From Meyerozyma guilliermondii (Eukaryota), in the NCBI GenBank assembly GCA_051546255.1, contig CP128817.1:248001-312000 (forward strand): 64,000 nt of DNA, written 5' to 3'. The first letter of the stretch is position 1. Each line of letters opens with the position of its first letter. The position numbers were made by a program, and so were the translations under genes. The notes below the pieces were generated by a model. That model had not been told where the DNA came from. It saw only the letters and a list, made by a program, of their open reading frames with translations, and ran no database searches. Positions 31,980 to 41,513 of this stretch are shown here, piece by piece.

Positions 31980-32993
31980 ATGGCGTTTCTTTTCAAAAGA
32001 AACCCAAAAACGCCACAAGAGCTCGTCCGAGCCCTCACCGAGCAGTCTTCCAAGTTGTCGTCATCGCTGGACAACTATAAAAGATACCAGGATGAATGTG
32101 GCCGCTATTTGAAACAGATCAAAGTAGTCATTTATGGTGACGATGAAAATGAACCACAACCCGAACTGGTTGCTGCGTTGTCACGAGAGATCCTCAATTC
32201 TGACTGCCTTTATTACCTTGTTTACAAACTCAAGCACTTGGACTTCGATTCCCGAAAGGATGTTGTAGCGTTGTTTCTGACCCTTTTGCGACGACAGGTG
32301 GGAAGTTCCGTGCCGGCTGTGGGGTACTTGGTCAATACAAAACCAGAGATCCTCGTGTTGCTCCTAAAGGGTCCCGAAAACGACGAAGTGGCTCTTGCGT
32401 GTGGGCAAATTCTTCGTGAGTGTATCAAGTACGAAGACGTCAATAAGTATATCATTGACCATCCATTTCTTTGGAATTACTTTCGTTATATGCAAAGTCC
32501 AGTGTTCGAGATAGCCACGGACTCCTACACGACATTTCATGATATACTCACCACTCACAAGAAAATAGTGTCTGACTTTCTTGCCAACAATTACGACCGT
32601 TTCACAACCAACATTAACACATTGATTCAGTGTGATAACTACGTAACGAAAAGGCAAAGCGTACGGCTATTGGCGGAGTTGGTTTTACAACGGCAGAACC
32701 AATATTTCCTTAACAAGTATTTTGACGACACAAATAACCTCAAGTTGGTGATGCTACTCTTGAGCGATAAACTGAAAAATCTCAGAATCGAAGGATTTCA
32801 TATCTTCAAATTCTTCGTTGCCAAACCAAAGAAGTCGCAAAAGATCCAGGATATTCTCATACGAAATCGTGGCAACTTTCTTGCCTTCTTCGAGAGTTTT
32901 GATTTCAGTAGTTTCAATGATCGAAACTTAATCGAAGAAAGGGACTACATAATCGGTGAGATTGAAAAGTTGCCGGCTATCGAGCGAAAGTAA
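31980..32993 (+). CDS. HYM1: Mo25-family RAM network protein Hym1
   Basis: MAFLFKRNPKTP, LDFDSRKDV, FEIATD, NYVTKRQS and EGFHIFKFFVAKP. Confidence 0.95.
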   Translation: MAFLFKRNPKTPQELVRALTEQSSKLSSSLDNYKRYQDECGRYLKQIKVVIYGDDENEPQPELVAALSREILNSDCLYYLVYKLKHLDFDSRKDVVALFLTLLRRQVGSSVPAVGYLVNTKPEILVLLLKGPENDEVALACGQILRECIKYEDVNKYIIDHPFLWNYFRYMQSPVFEIATDSYTTFHDILTTHKKIVSDFLANNYDRFTTNINTLIQCDNYVTKRQSVRLLAELVLQRQNQYFLNKYFDDTNNLKLVMLLLSDKLKNLRIEGFHIFKFFVAKPKKSQKIQDILIRNRGNFLAFFESFDFSSFNDRNLIEERDYIIGEIEKLPAIERK

Positions 32994-33061
32994 AGAAGCT
33001 ATATTAGAGCCAGTTTTAATGTCAGTAGAGCTGATTTTCATATTGTAGAGCTAGTAGCTAA

Positions 33062-34252
33062 TTACTGGACGACTCTCGACCAGTTCTTGAAGGTCACCTT
33101 TCCGTATTGGATGCCCATGATCCAGTCAAGGACGGTCTTGGTCAACTCACCGGTTCCCTCACTTCCAACAGGCACCTTGATTTCGTTTCCTTTCCAGCTA
33201 ATGTTGCCAATAGGAGAGACAATGGCAGCAGTACCGGCACCAAATGCCTCCACCAATTTTCCGGCGTCAGCATTCTCTTTCACCTCTTTGATTGTGAAAG
33301 GACGTTCAGAGATAGTCCATTCAGATGAAGGCAATCTCTCGCGGCACAACTCCAAGATAGAATCTCTTGTGACACCCTCCAAGATAGTTCCATCCAATGG
33401 AGCAGTAACCAATTCTTTCTTACCATCAGCCTCAAAAACGAAAAACGCATTCATGGTTCCCACCTCGGTAACATATCCCTCTTCTCCAAACAACCACAAG
33501 TTCTGTTGGTGACCTCTGGCGGCAGCTTCCAATTGCGGCTTGATACATGGAGCGTAATTGGCACCAAGTTTCTTGTCTCCAACACCACCGGGCCAAGCTC
33601 TCACAAGGTTCTCAGAAGCTTCCAAGGAGACAGGCTTGAATCCTGTAGCATAGTAAGGTCCAACAGGACTGGCAATCACGTAAAGCAAAGCTCTGTCGGG
33701 AGCACTAACACCCAATGAAGCAGTGGTACCAATCAAAGTAGGTCTCAAGTACAAAGAGTAGCCTTCACCTTTTGGCACAAATCTCTCGTCTACCAGGACA
33801 AACTTTTCGATCAATTTGATCAATTCTTCGTCGTCAAATGTGGGCAAAGTGATACGAGCGGCAGATTTGTTCATTCTGATCATATTCATATCAGGTCTGA
33901 AAAGTCTGATTTTACCTTCGGCATCTCTGAAAGCCTTCATACCCTCGAATAATTCAAAGGCATAGTGAAACACGACAGCCGAGGGATCAAGCGAGAGGTT
34001 GTGGTAAGGAGAAATTTTTGGAGTTCCCCATCCTTGGTCCTTGGTCCATTCGATTTCAAGCATATGGTCAGTAAACGTCTTACCAAACACCAATTGGTCG
34101 TTTGGCAACATTGGTTTCAAGTTTTCCGCCTTCGTTATCTCCAATTTGGAGGCATCTAATCCAGCAGTCATGATGTTCCTTTTGTTAGTCGAAGACAAAG
34201 ATTTGGAGCAGCGGGAAATACTGGCAAATTTAAACAGTCTGAAAAAGCTCAT
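33062..34252 (-). CDS. BAT1: Branched-chain amino acid aminotransferase with a mitochondrial-type presequence
   Basis: FGKTFTDHM, HYAFELFEGMKA, YLRPT, PLP lysine in DKKLGANY, EVGTMN and GAGTAA. The 27-aa N-terminal extension is basic and Ser-rich. Confidence 0.93.
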   Translation of the reverse strand: MSFFRLFKFASISRCSKSLSSTNKRNIMTAGLDASKLEITKAENLKPMLPNDQLVFGKTFTDHMLEIEWTKDQGWGTPKISPYHNLSLDPSAVVFHYAFELFEGMKAFRDAEGKIRLFRPDMNMIRMNKSAARITLPTFDDEELIKLIEKFVLVDERFVPKGEGYSLYLRPTLIGTTASLGVSAPDRALLYVIASPVGPYYATGFKPVSLEASENLVRAWPGGVGDKKLGANYAPCIKPQLEAAARGHQQNLWLFGEEGYVTEVGTMNAFFVFEADGKKELVTAPLDGTILEGVTRDSILELCRERLPSSEWTISERPFTIKEVKENADAGKLVEAFGAGTAAIVSPIGNISWKGNEIKVPVGSEGTGELTKTVLDWIMGIQYGKVTFKNWSRVVQ

Positions 34253-34386
34253 TGATATGAAAATTATCTATTAATCAGCAGGGTGGCTGTAGATGGGTTC
34301 TATATGTCTATAAGTGTCTATTAGAGCCCCTGCCAACGATTGTTTCTCTCGGTACTTACTTTTTTTTGCGTATCTTGAATTTTCAT

Positions 34387-34529
34387 TGACTCATTCCTTT
34401 ATATACGCCTGATACGCACAGGTCCGCCAATAGCCGAAAAGCACCACCACCATGGTTGCACGGATGTGACTAATCGTTTCTATGACTCCTTTTATGACTT
34501 CGGGCTCTTGTAGTATGTTCAATTGACTC
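34387..34529. promoter_or_regulatory. Gcn4-type site cluster upstream of BAT1
   Basis: TGACTCA 34387-34393, TGACTAA 34467-34473, TGACTC 34483-34488, TGACTC 34524-34529. Confidence 0.7.
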
Positions 34530-34583
34530 TTTTGTAGTTTTTTCCCATTGTCAAAAAGACATTGTCACTTTTTGCAGGCACCT

Positions 34584-37022
34584 CTACGAGTCTTGATCGG
34601 TCCACAAGACCATCATATTCTCCACAACTTTACCTTCTATCATAACTCTTCCGAGATCAGTCATGGAGAGTGCCCCTGTATTATCATGAATTGGATGAGT
34701 CCAAACAATCAGTCCCGAATTGACATAGATACCATTGACTTTTGTCACTCTAAGTGCCGTTTTGGGTTTGGTAACATCGTAGGATGGATCTTGATAATCA
34801 ACATCAGCCGTGATGTCGGCTAAACTGTCAATATACTCCTGGGTTAGAACATTGTTATGGATATCGACATTACCTGCCTCGAGAACTTCGACTCGGATGC
34901 GCATGGCGGTCAAATCTGGGATCCATAGGTCGTTTTCCAAAACCACAGCTTCATCCACAGCAGTAGAAGGTTTGAATTTGAAAATCGAAATTTCCTTTTC
35001 TTGAATGCCAGCAACGTCTCCAACTATTACATCGTAGATCTGAGTAGACGCTGCTCGCCGACTTTGCAAATTTGTTCTTGACATGGAAAATAGGCTGAAA
35101 AAGTCGGGGTCAAGTTCAATGTAAGAACCGTCCAATGGATTTTGCGATAAATATGGTGGTCTTGAAAGGCTACCTTGAAATTTCCAATCTAGTTCGAAGA
35201 GATTCTCCAATTCATAGTAATGGGAGGCAGGAAACTCGATCATCTTGTCGAAGGCTATTACTTCACAAGTTGCAAATTTGAGTTCATATGGATCAACAGT
35301 TGATACAGCTGGTAAATGGATTATAGTTCTGTTCTGATTTTTGTTTGGCGTCTTGCGGTAAAAGTCAATGTTCAGCTTTTTGACAAAAGCCCCCAATCGC
35401 TTTTGACCTCCTTTGAGTGCAAGTTCTTTCTCAAAAACCTCCTTCAACTTAAAGTGGTCTTGAGCATGCAAATTGGTAGCATTGATGTCTGTTCTCTTTC
35501 CTAGAACATCCAACTGTTCATGAAACCATAACGGGTGCGCTTCAGTGGAAAATACCCAGCTTTTCAGAGCTAACATTCCATTATGAACGAAGAGTTCATT
35601 AGCGGCATCAAAAAGTAAGTAAAGATACTTTAGTGTTTCACTCATGACAAAAGTTTCCATCCGGTTTTGCATCTGACCCGTTCGTATATCCTGAACACCA
35701 TGAAGACCACACTTGGCCATGTATCTTGTCTGGAGTAACTTTAATACTCGAGAGCCAATTTGAAGGTACATGGGATCTTTTGTTGCCCGGTACAAATAAT
35801 AAGTAGATTCGATGAATTCTGGACGCAAGGGGTACCATTCTAGGGCAACTGCACTGGTCGATTTGTCGCTGAGCCTAAAGTTCCATCGTTCGGGTATCAG
35901 GTCGAAGTAGTCCCAGATGCGCAAGTACAATAAGTGGGTCTTTACAGCGTCTTTTAGCTGTCCGGCGAGTACTTGGAGTCCAGGCCAGAACGCGCTCAAC
36001 AGATCAATCCAGTCGGTGAACAACTGACCATCGTTACTACCCACATTGGTGAAAATCATTGTTGCATCGAGAGGTCCACCTCCTTGTACCAGATGAGTCA
36101 AGAGAGATTTGTAGCTTGATTTAAAGACTTCCCACATATGTGAATCGTTAAATATGATAGAAGACTTGACGGCGTACTCGTAAAATGAGTCAATGGACGC
36201 TCCAATTCCAGAAACAGCGTCTTTCCATCTTGCTGACTGAGGATCAATTGTCATTGGCATTAAGCCCAACAGCAGTCTTGACGCCCATATTTTCCAAAAT
36301 GAGACCTGAGAAAAGTATTCGAATTGTGGATCACCCGTAAGACGAGACAAAAGGGTGAATTCCAATACAGGAGAGCCGGCTCCCGAGGTACAAGCGTCGA
36401 TTTGAAGTGATGGAGGGATCAATTTGAGACCATGATTTAAATGGACCCGAGGAAGCGGGATGCTGCTTTTTGTTCTGAATGCTGGAATTAATCGCTTCCC
36501 CAAGTCGTATGCCATATCCAATAGAAATCCATCATATTTTTCAGCTATTTCTGCGAGCCTTGTATATCTTTGCAGAAATTGAGAAATATCTGAAAGGATT
36601 AAATGGGCCGAAAGAAGCCCTCCAAGAGATCGAATTGTCGTTTCAAACACCTGGACAATTGTATCTTTGGCAAACAATGTGTTTTTGGATGCCTTTAAGT
36701 AATCCAATGCATTTTCAAACTCGTCCCATTCCTCCATTATTACTAGTGTATCCAAATTGTCAAGCACAGTCAGGGAAATATTGCCCATTGCATCATTTCT
36801 GACAATATTAAACGGATCATTGAAATCGCGGCCATAAGGCTCGCACGATAGTGGGAGGACCTCATCGGCAGGAAATCCAAATTTCATATAGGACTGCCAT
36901 GCATGATTAAATAAAGATTTGGTCTCGTTTTGTAGAGTTCTTATATGCTGTGGCGTGAAAGAGGCATTCTGAGCCGCCAGAACTAGTACCAAGTATATAT
37001 GGCACCATATTAATAGCGACAT
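34584..37022 (-). CDS. MNL1: ER degradation-enhancing alpha-1,2-mannosidase-like protein (GH47, Htm1/EDEM)
   Basis: Signal peptide; VQVFETTIRSLGGLLSAH, GIGASIDSFYEY, YPLRPEFIES, SETLKYLYLLF and FSTEAHP. Start at ATG 37022. Confidence 0.9.
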   Translation of the reverse strand: MSLLIWCHIYLVLVLAAQNASFTPQHIRTLQNETKSLFNHAWQSYMKFGFPADEVLPLSCEPYGRDFNDPFNIVRNDAMGNISLTVLDNLDTLVIMEEWDEFENALDYLKASKNTLFAKDTIVQVFETTIRSLGGLLSAHLILSDISQFLQRYTRLAEIAEKYDGFLLDMAYDLGKRLIPAFRTKSSIPLPRVHLNHGLKLIPPSLQIDACTSGAGSPVLEFTLLSRLTGDPQFEYFSQVSFWKIWASRLLLGLMPMTIDPQSARWKDAVSGIGASIDSFYEYAVKSSIIFNDSHMWEVFKSSYKSLLTHLVQGGGPLDATMIFTNVGSNDGQLFTDWIDLLSAFWPGLQVLAGQLKDAVKTHLLYLRIWDYFDLIPERWNFRLSDKSTSAVALEWYPLRPEFIESTYYLYRATKDPMYLQIGSRVLKLLQTRYMAKCGLHGVQDIRTGQMQNRMETFVMSETLKYLYLLFDAANELFVHNGMLALKSWVFSTEAHPLWFHEQLDVLGKRTDINATNLHAQDHFKLKEVFEKELALKGGQKRLGAFVKKLNIDFYRKTPNKNQNRTIIHLPAVSTVDPYELKFATCEVIAFDKMIEFPASHYYELENLFELDWKFQGSLSRPPYLSQNPLDGSYIELDPDFFSLFSMSRTNLQSRRAASTQIYDVIVGDVAGIQEKEISIFKFKPSTAVDEAVVLENDLWIPDLTAMRIRVEVLEAGNVDIHNNVLTQEYIDSLADITADVDYQDPSYDVTKPKTALRVTKVNGIYVNSGLIVWTHPIHDNTGALSMTDLGRVMIEGKVVENMMVLWTDQDS

Positions 37023-37128
37023 AAATGAGTATGGTAGAGACAATTCTAAAGAGTGAATTCCTGCATCGCGCAATCAAATGATAGAATGCACGATTTGCAT
37101 GCGTGAGTTCTGAGATCTATTATACATA

Positions 37129-40100
37129 CTATTTACCAAAGATGCGATTTACCTGGGTGAGAACCTTACCCGTTCCAAACCACAACGTTACCACCACCAA
37201 GGTGACGTTTGTTACTATCAATGTCAAGCCACCAAGCATGAACCGAGGAGCAAATATTTTCCATACCATCAAATGTCTTCGGAAATGTGCAGCAAATATA
37301 AAACTGGAGATTGCTATCAAACTTTGATGAGTAATTACCGTTGTGATGTTGGTGACGATGTAGGAAAGCAACGTAATTGGTTTACTTGAAGGCGGAATGG
37401 CCCAAAGTGAAATCAATGGGACGCTAAGACAGGTGATGATGAAAGGTCCAAACGTATTAAGGAAGATGTTGAGATGAGTGAATGGGAAAATGATGGTTTC
37501 TGTGGTCACAAATCCAGCATCCCATTGAACGGAGGGAATGGTTGCTTGATGACCAGTTGCGAAAAAGTGTTGGTAACCCAATAAACTGAAAATCACTGGC
37601 GTGATCAAGTTTCGGCGAATATCCAAAATCCTTGCAATTTCTAGTAATGTTAAGATCTGTATGACCAACATACAAAGCGATACAGCACCCAATGGTTTTG
37701 TTACAAGCATTATGCCCACGGTGAAATTGAGGACCAATAAAAAGTAGGACGACCCGTAGATGTTTTCATATCCCAAGATAATGGTTTTGGGTTGCTCAGG
37801 TATGGAATTGTCAACATCAAGCTTAACGCAGAGGGGCCCTCTCGACCAGCTGTAGTTTGCAAGAATCAAAGTGACAAATAAAACTGTGCGAGAGATGCCC
37901 AACCTTATTGAGTTGAAAATGCTAAAGTTCAAAGAATAGTTCAAGAATGAGACATCTTGACTCTCAATGTACTCAAAAGTCCAATAAAGCGCATTTGCGC
38001 CAAGTAAAAAGGACGTTGTTCCCACCCACACTTTGGCAGCAGAATGGAACGAATTGGTGAGATTATAGAACAGTCGTATGACCAGTGGAAGTAGTAATGC
38101 CACCACATATAATAGTATCACCCCATACGACCGTGCTTGGAGAAAGGTAGGAATACAATACGCTGCCTGCTCCTCTCGGCATAAGTTGATGGTTCCAACA
38201 AGTCTGGAAATGATCACAAAAGTCAATCCATGAGACATTCCCAAGATTCTATCCACCTTGCCAGGCAACCTAGCACAATAAATAATAGAGCACCATCCAA
38301 AAGTGGCAATGAAGTACAGGACAACCTTGTCTTCCCATACAACGAAAGAGTTTGATGCAAACACTAAGAAATGCAAAATAGAGAAAAGAATCCCCAAGAA
38401 TGACCAAAACGAAAAGTTGAAAACGAAAAAGTCATGTATCTGGTGCACGAGCCAAACGATGCTGAATCTGTCCATTATTGGGGCCCAAAGACCGACAATG
38501 ATTCCTATTGCCAGTCCAACCGCAAGGCAGATTTTAAGTTTCAAAGGACGAAGTACAACATAGACTGAGAACGACGAAACCAATCCTAACATTAGCATTG
38601 CGATGACTGAGCCAATGAATTCAAAGGACATAGTCAGGACCCTAACCGCAGGTATGGAACGGGAATAGGTCAATATGAATGAAAGTGACAAGATGAGAAC
38701 CAGAAGCCCTATTCCAATGGTAATTAAATCGAATCGAGCCCATAAGGACTTACACTCCTCCAAAGAGGAGTATTGAAATTTTTTTGTCCTCTCGACTAGC
38801 GCCGAAAGAGTTTTCTTTGTCGAAAAAGAGGAGACTTGTTCGGTAAAATCACGGTATAGCAGTCTGTATTCTTCGTTCAAAGCATCATTTTGAGATAGTG
38901 ATGGAGTTTGAGCTCTAAATTTCTGAATTTGAACCAAGGTCTTGAATGCACCGATGGTCAAGTCTCTGTCTCCAAAAAGCTCATCCACGGGGAACCCTAG
39001 GTTATTATGGGGAATTGGTAGTCCAAGAAGCAACGATATTGTTGGAACTAAATCAATTTGATTGATAGCCCTATAATTCTTACCTTTTTGTCTTGGGTCA
39101 TAGACGTCTTTATCCTTTCTGTGGACAAATTTGCGCTTCAGATACATAAAGAATGTGCTCTCAAGTTCATCTAAAGCTTCACCTCCGTGGTTTCCGGTGG
39201 CATCCATGCCATGGTCTCCCATCACCACCAACAAGGTCTTGTTGTCCAACGTTTTCATCACTTCCTTGATGACGTCGTTCATTTGGTTCAATTTTTCTTT
39301 CATAGTATAGTGATTAGGCCCATAACGATGACCCACATGATCTACGCCTAAGAAATGGCCGATCAAAACGTCCCATTTTTGCTTCGACCCGGACTCTCTT
39401 AATAGGGGCCACATGTGCTCGAGTACCCCGTTATCCACCGTGTGTAGATCTCTTACATTCAAAGAGTCATACGGAAAATTCAACGTGGGGTCTATGTACT
39501 TGGAAAACATGGCTTTCCAGGTATCATCTCCCATAAATGCTACGGTTTTGTTATGCTTGTGAAGCTGGAGTAGCCAATTGTCCTCGTCCACGGAGTCACC
39601 GTCAAAGTTCGAGCCCGCATCGATGAAAGTGGGAAGAGTGCCCGTAGTTAAGCCCTTGAGTCTCTGAAGGGTGGTCGTTGGGGGATCAGCCATGAACTTG
39701 AGGTGGATGGCATTTTGGGGTTGTGAGAGAAAAGTATCATGGAGAATGGGAAAATTGTTGTGGAAAAATTCACCAGACGGTTGGTCGGGATTAGCTGAGT
39801 CTTCCACTGGGATCGTGAAATCGAATCGAAGTGCATCGATCACCAACATCACCACTTTGTCGAACTGCGGAGGCATACAAGTATCGTCAACGGCGGCCAC
39901 CATGTTGGGAGTACACTCGGCTATATCGGGTAAAACTTGACGAGAAAGTAAAAAGCCCAGGGTAAAGAACCACACTCCAAGAACCTGTAGCGCGGTGAAC
40001 ATACTAAGCACCACAACATATCCAATAAACGTAAGCTGAAGTTTCTGTTGTCGAAGCCGTATTCTAGGAGGCGCTTTTACGGCTTGAGAAGGTATAGCAG

Positions 40101-40170
40101 AAGTGCCCGGATAGGTGCCACCCAAAGCCTCGGTATCAGCCGAAGCGTGTGATTTTTCTATTTCGTCCAT
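37129..40170 (-). CDS. GPI13: GPI ethanolamine phosphate transferase 3 (PIG-O)
   Basis: IDALRFDF, PPTTTLQRLKGLTTG, HFLGVDHVGHRYGP, GDHGM and RRHLMVWKIFAPRF, with a polytopic C-terminal half. Confidence 0.95.
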   Translation of the reverse strand: MDEIEKSHASADTEALGGTYPGTSAIPSQAVKAPPRIRLRQQKLQLTFIGYVVVLSMFTALQVLGVWFFTLGFLLSRQVLPDIAECTPNMVAAVDDTCMPPQFDKVVMLVIDALRFDFTIPVEDSANPDQPSGEFFHNNFPILHDTFLSQPQNAIHLKFMADPPTTTLQRLKGLTTGTLPTFIDAGSNFDGDSVDEDNWLLQLHKHNKTVAFMGDDTWKAMFSKYIDPTLNFPYDSLNVRDLHTVDNGVLEHMWPLLRESGSKQKWDVLIGHFLGVDHVGHRYGPNHYTMKEKLNQMNDVIKEVMKTLDNKTLLVVMGDHGMDATGNHGGEALDELESTFFMYLKRKFVHRKDKDVYDPRQKGKNYRAINQIDLVPTISLLLGLPIPHNNLGFPVDELFGDRDLTIGAFKTLVQIQKFRAQTPSLSQNDALNEEYRLLYRDFTEQVSSFSTKKTLSALVERTKKFQYSSLEECKSLWARFDLITIGIGLLVLILSLSFILTYSRSIPAVRVLTMSFEFIGSVIAMLMLGLVSSFSVYVVLRPLKLKICLAVGLAIGIIVGLWAPIMDRFSIVWLVHQIHDFFVFNFSFWSFLGILFSILHFLVFASNSFVVWEDKVVLYFIATFGWCSIIYCARLPGKVDRILGMSHGLTFVIISRLVGTINLCREEQAAYCIPTFLQARSYGVILLYVVALLLPLVIRLFYNLTNSFHSAAKVWVGTTSFLLGANALYWTFEYIESQDVSFLNYSLNFSIFNSIRLGISRTVLFVTLILANYSWSRGPLCVKLDVDNSIPEQPKTIILGYENIYGSSYFLLVLNFTVGIMLVTKPLGAVSLCMLVIQILTLLEIARILDIRRNLITPVIFSLLGYQHFFATGHQATIPSVQWDAGFVTTETIIFPFTHLNIFLNTFGPFIITCLSVPLISLWAIPPSSKPITLLSYIVTNITTVITHQSLIAISSFIFAAHFRRHLMVWKIFAPRFMLGGLTLIVTNVTLVVVTLWFGTGKVLTQVNRIFGK

Positions 40171-40343
40171 TCACCACGAGACCTATAATGGCTAAACAGA
40201 AACGAAACAAATAGGCGGTGATCTCTGGCGCGATAGAAGCCTGTCAACGCGGCAGGACAGCGGGCCTGCATATACCCACCCTGGTGGGGTTATAAAGGGG
40301 AAAGAAAGATGGTACATATATTACATTGATTATTATACAAAGG

Positions 40344-41345
40344 CTACTCAAGTTTGAGGAACTCGCCATCAAACCCGTTGTTTCCCATGGCATCGTCGTC
40401 ATCGGCTTGGTCAAAATTTATCAAGTCGTTCATATCGTCGTCAAGCATTGATTGAGCATTATCTCCACCAAACATCGAGTCGATGTTGTCATCCATCATG
40501 GTGCCGGTATTATTGACGCCTGAGGCATTGTCATCGTTCGAGCCATGCCTTTCGCCTTGAAGTATGTCGATTGAAAATTGGCCCTGTGGCTCAGTATAGC
40601 CTGAAGTTTGTTTATGGGTGTCGTTGCTCTCGAAGCCACCGCCATCCATATAGTCTGGCTCCATCTTGTCATTGCCAAGACCAATTAACGAATTAACCAG
40701 TTTGGGGTTGTAACTATCTGGAGCTCGTTCTACCTGAATGCCAAGCGACAGCGGCGATACTGAACGCTTTGTGTAAGGAGCATGTACCTTGTACTCTTTT
40801 GAGTGTGTAGACTTCATGTCCTTTAAGATTTCTTCGGTTTCCTTTTGATATTGTTCGAAAGACTCCTTATCGGTAATTTGAGAAAACTTCTGTGCTAGAA
40901 TATTAGTCGCTCTCTGTTGGAATGTATACTCCAGGTCATCCATACCTATTACGGGTGTTTCTCCAAGATTTTCTATTTCTTTCTGGAGCAATTCTTCCTT
41001 CTTTTTCATTAATTTAAGGTCTCCAAAATATGGCTTGTCTAGCTGTTCTTGCAAATATTTCTCCATTTCCGCGTCATCCATGGAAGCAGACTCCTTGTTG
41101 CTGGTGGCCCATATACCAGGCGGTATAATCTTGGACGTGTGTACGTATTTCGTTGTAACATTTTCTAATTGTTCTTGGTTCATTAACATTCGCTTCAATG
41201 CATCGTTGCGAAACGACACCAAATCTGCCTCATCGTGTATTTGCGGACCGGTTTCTTCCTTCACGGGTCGCTGGGGCTGCCTGTATCCTCCTGAGTCGGG
41301 GTAGTTGCCCCCTCTTCGCGGATCGGCTCTTCTAGGATCTGACAT
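40344..41345 (-). CDS. SNF6: Probable SWI/SNF complex subunit Snf6 (divergent)
   Basis: IHDEADLVSFRNDALK resembles the conserved Snf6 block (recalled S. cerevisiae IHDESDTISFRSNLLK). Acidic C-terminus; similar length (333 aa). Confidence 0.65.
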   Translation of the reverse strand: MSDPRRADPRRGGNYPDSGGYRQPQRPVKEETGPQIHDEADLVSFRNDALKRMLMNQEQLENVTTKYVHTSKIIPPGIWATSNKESASMDDAEMEKYLQEQLDKPYFGDLKLMKKKEELLQKEIENLGETPVIGMDDLEYTFQQRATNILAQKFSQITDKESFEQYQKETEEILKDMKSTHSKEYKVHAPYTKRSVSPLSLGIQVERAPDSYNPKLVNSLIGLGNDKMEPDYMDGGGFESNDTHKQTSGYTEPQGQFSIDILQGERHGSNDDNASGVNNTGTMMDDNIDSMFGGDNAQSMLDDDMNDLINFDQADDDDAMGNNGFDGEFLKLE

Positions 41346-41513
41346 TTAACTGTGTTTTTGGACCAGACTTTGAATTTTGAAGTGCGCGCGAAAGTTGCAC
41401 TGGGTGTAAGGACCGGACTCGGTGGTAGATGGTCTATAAATACATTATTAATGCCAGAATTGCATAAGGCAAATTCTATAATGTCCTGAAGTAAAATAAT
41501 TAGTAGGCCGATA

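Noticed and set aside
34268..34359. Possible 5'-UTR intron in BAT1 (GTAAGT on minus strand at 34359)
   Set aside because: The best branchpoint candidate is TGCTGAT, too far from TACTAAC to support.
40271..40294. Imperfect inverted repeat TATACCCACC-CT-GGTGGGGTTATA
   Set aside because: Short, imperfect, with a 2-nt loop; no supporting context for a functional RNA or element end.
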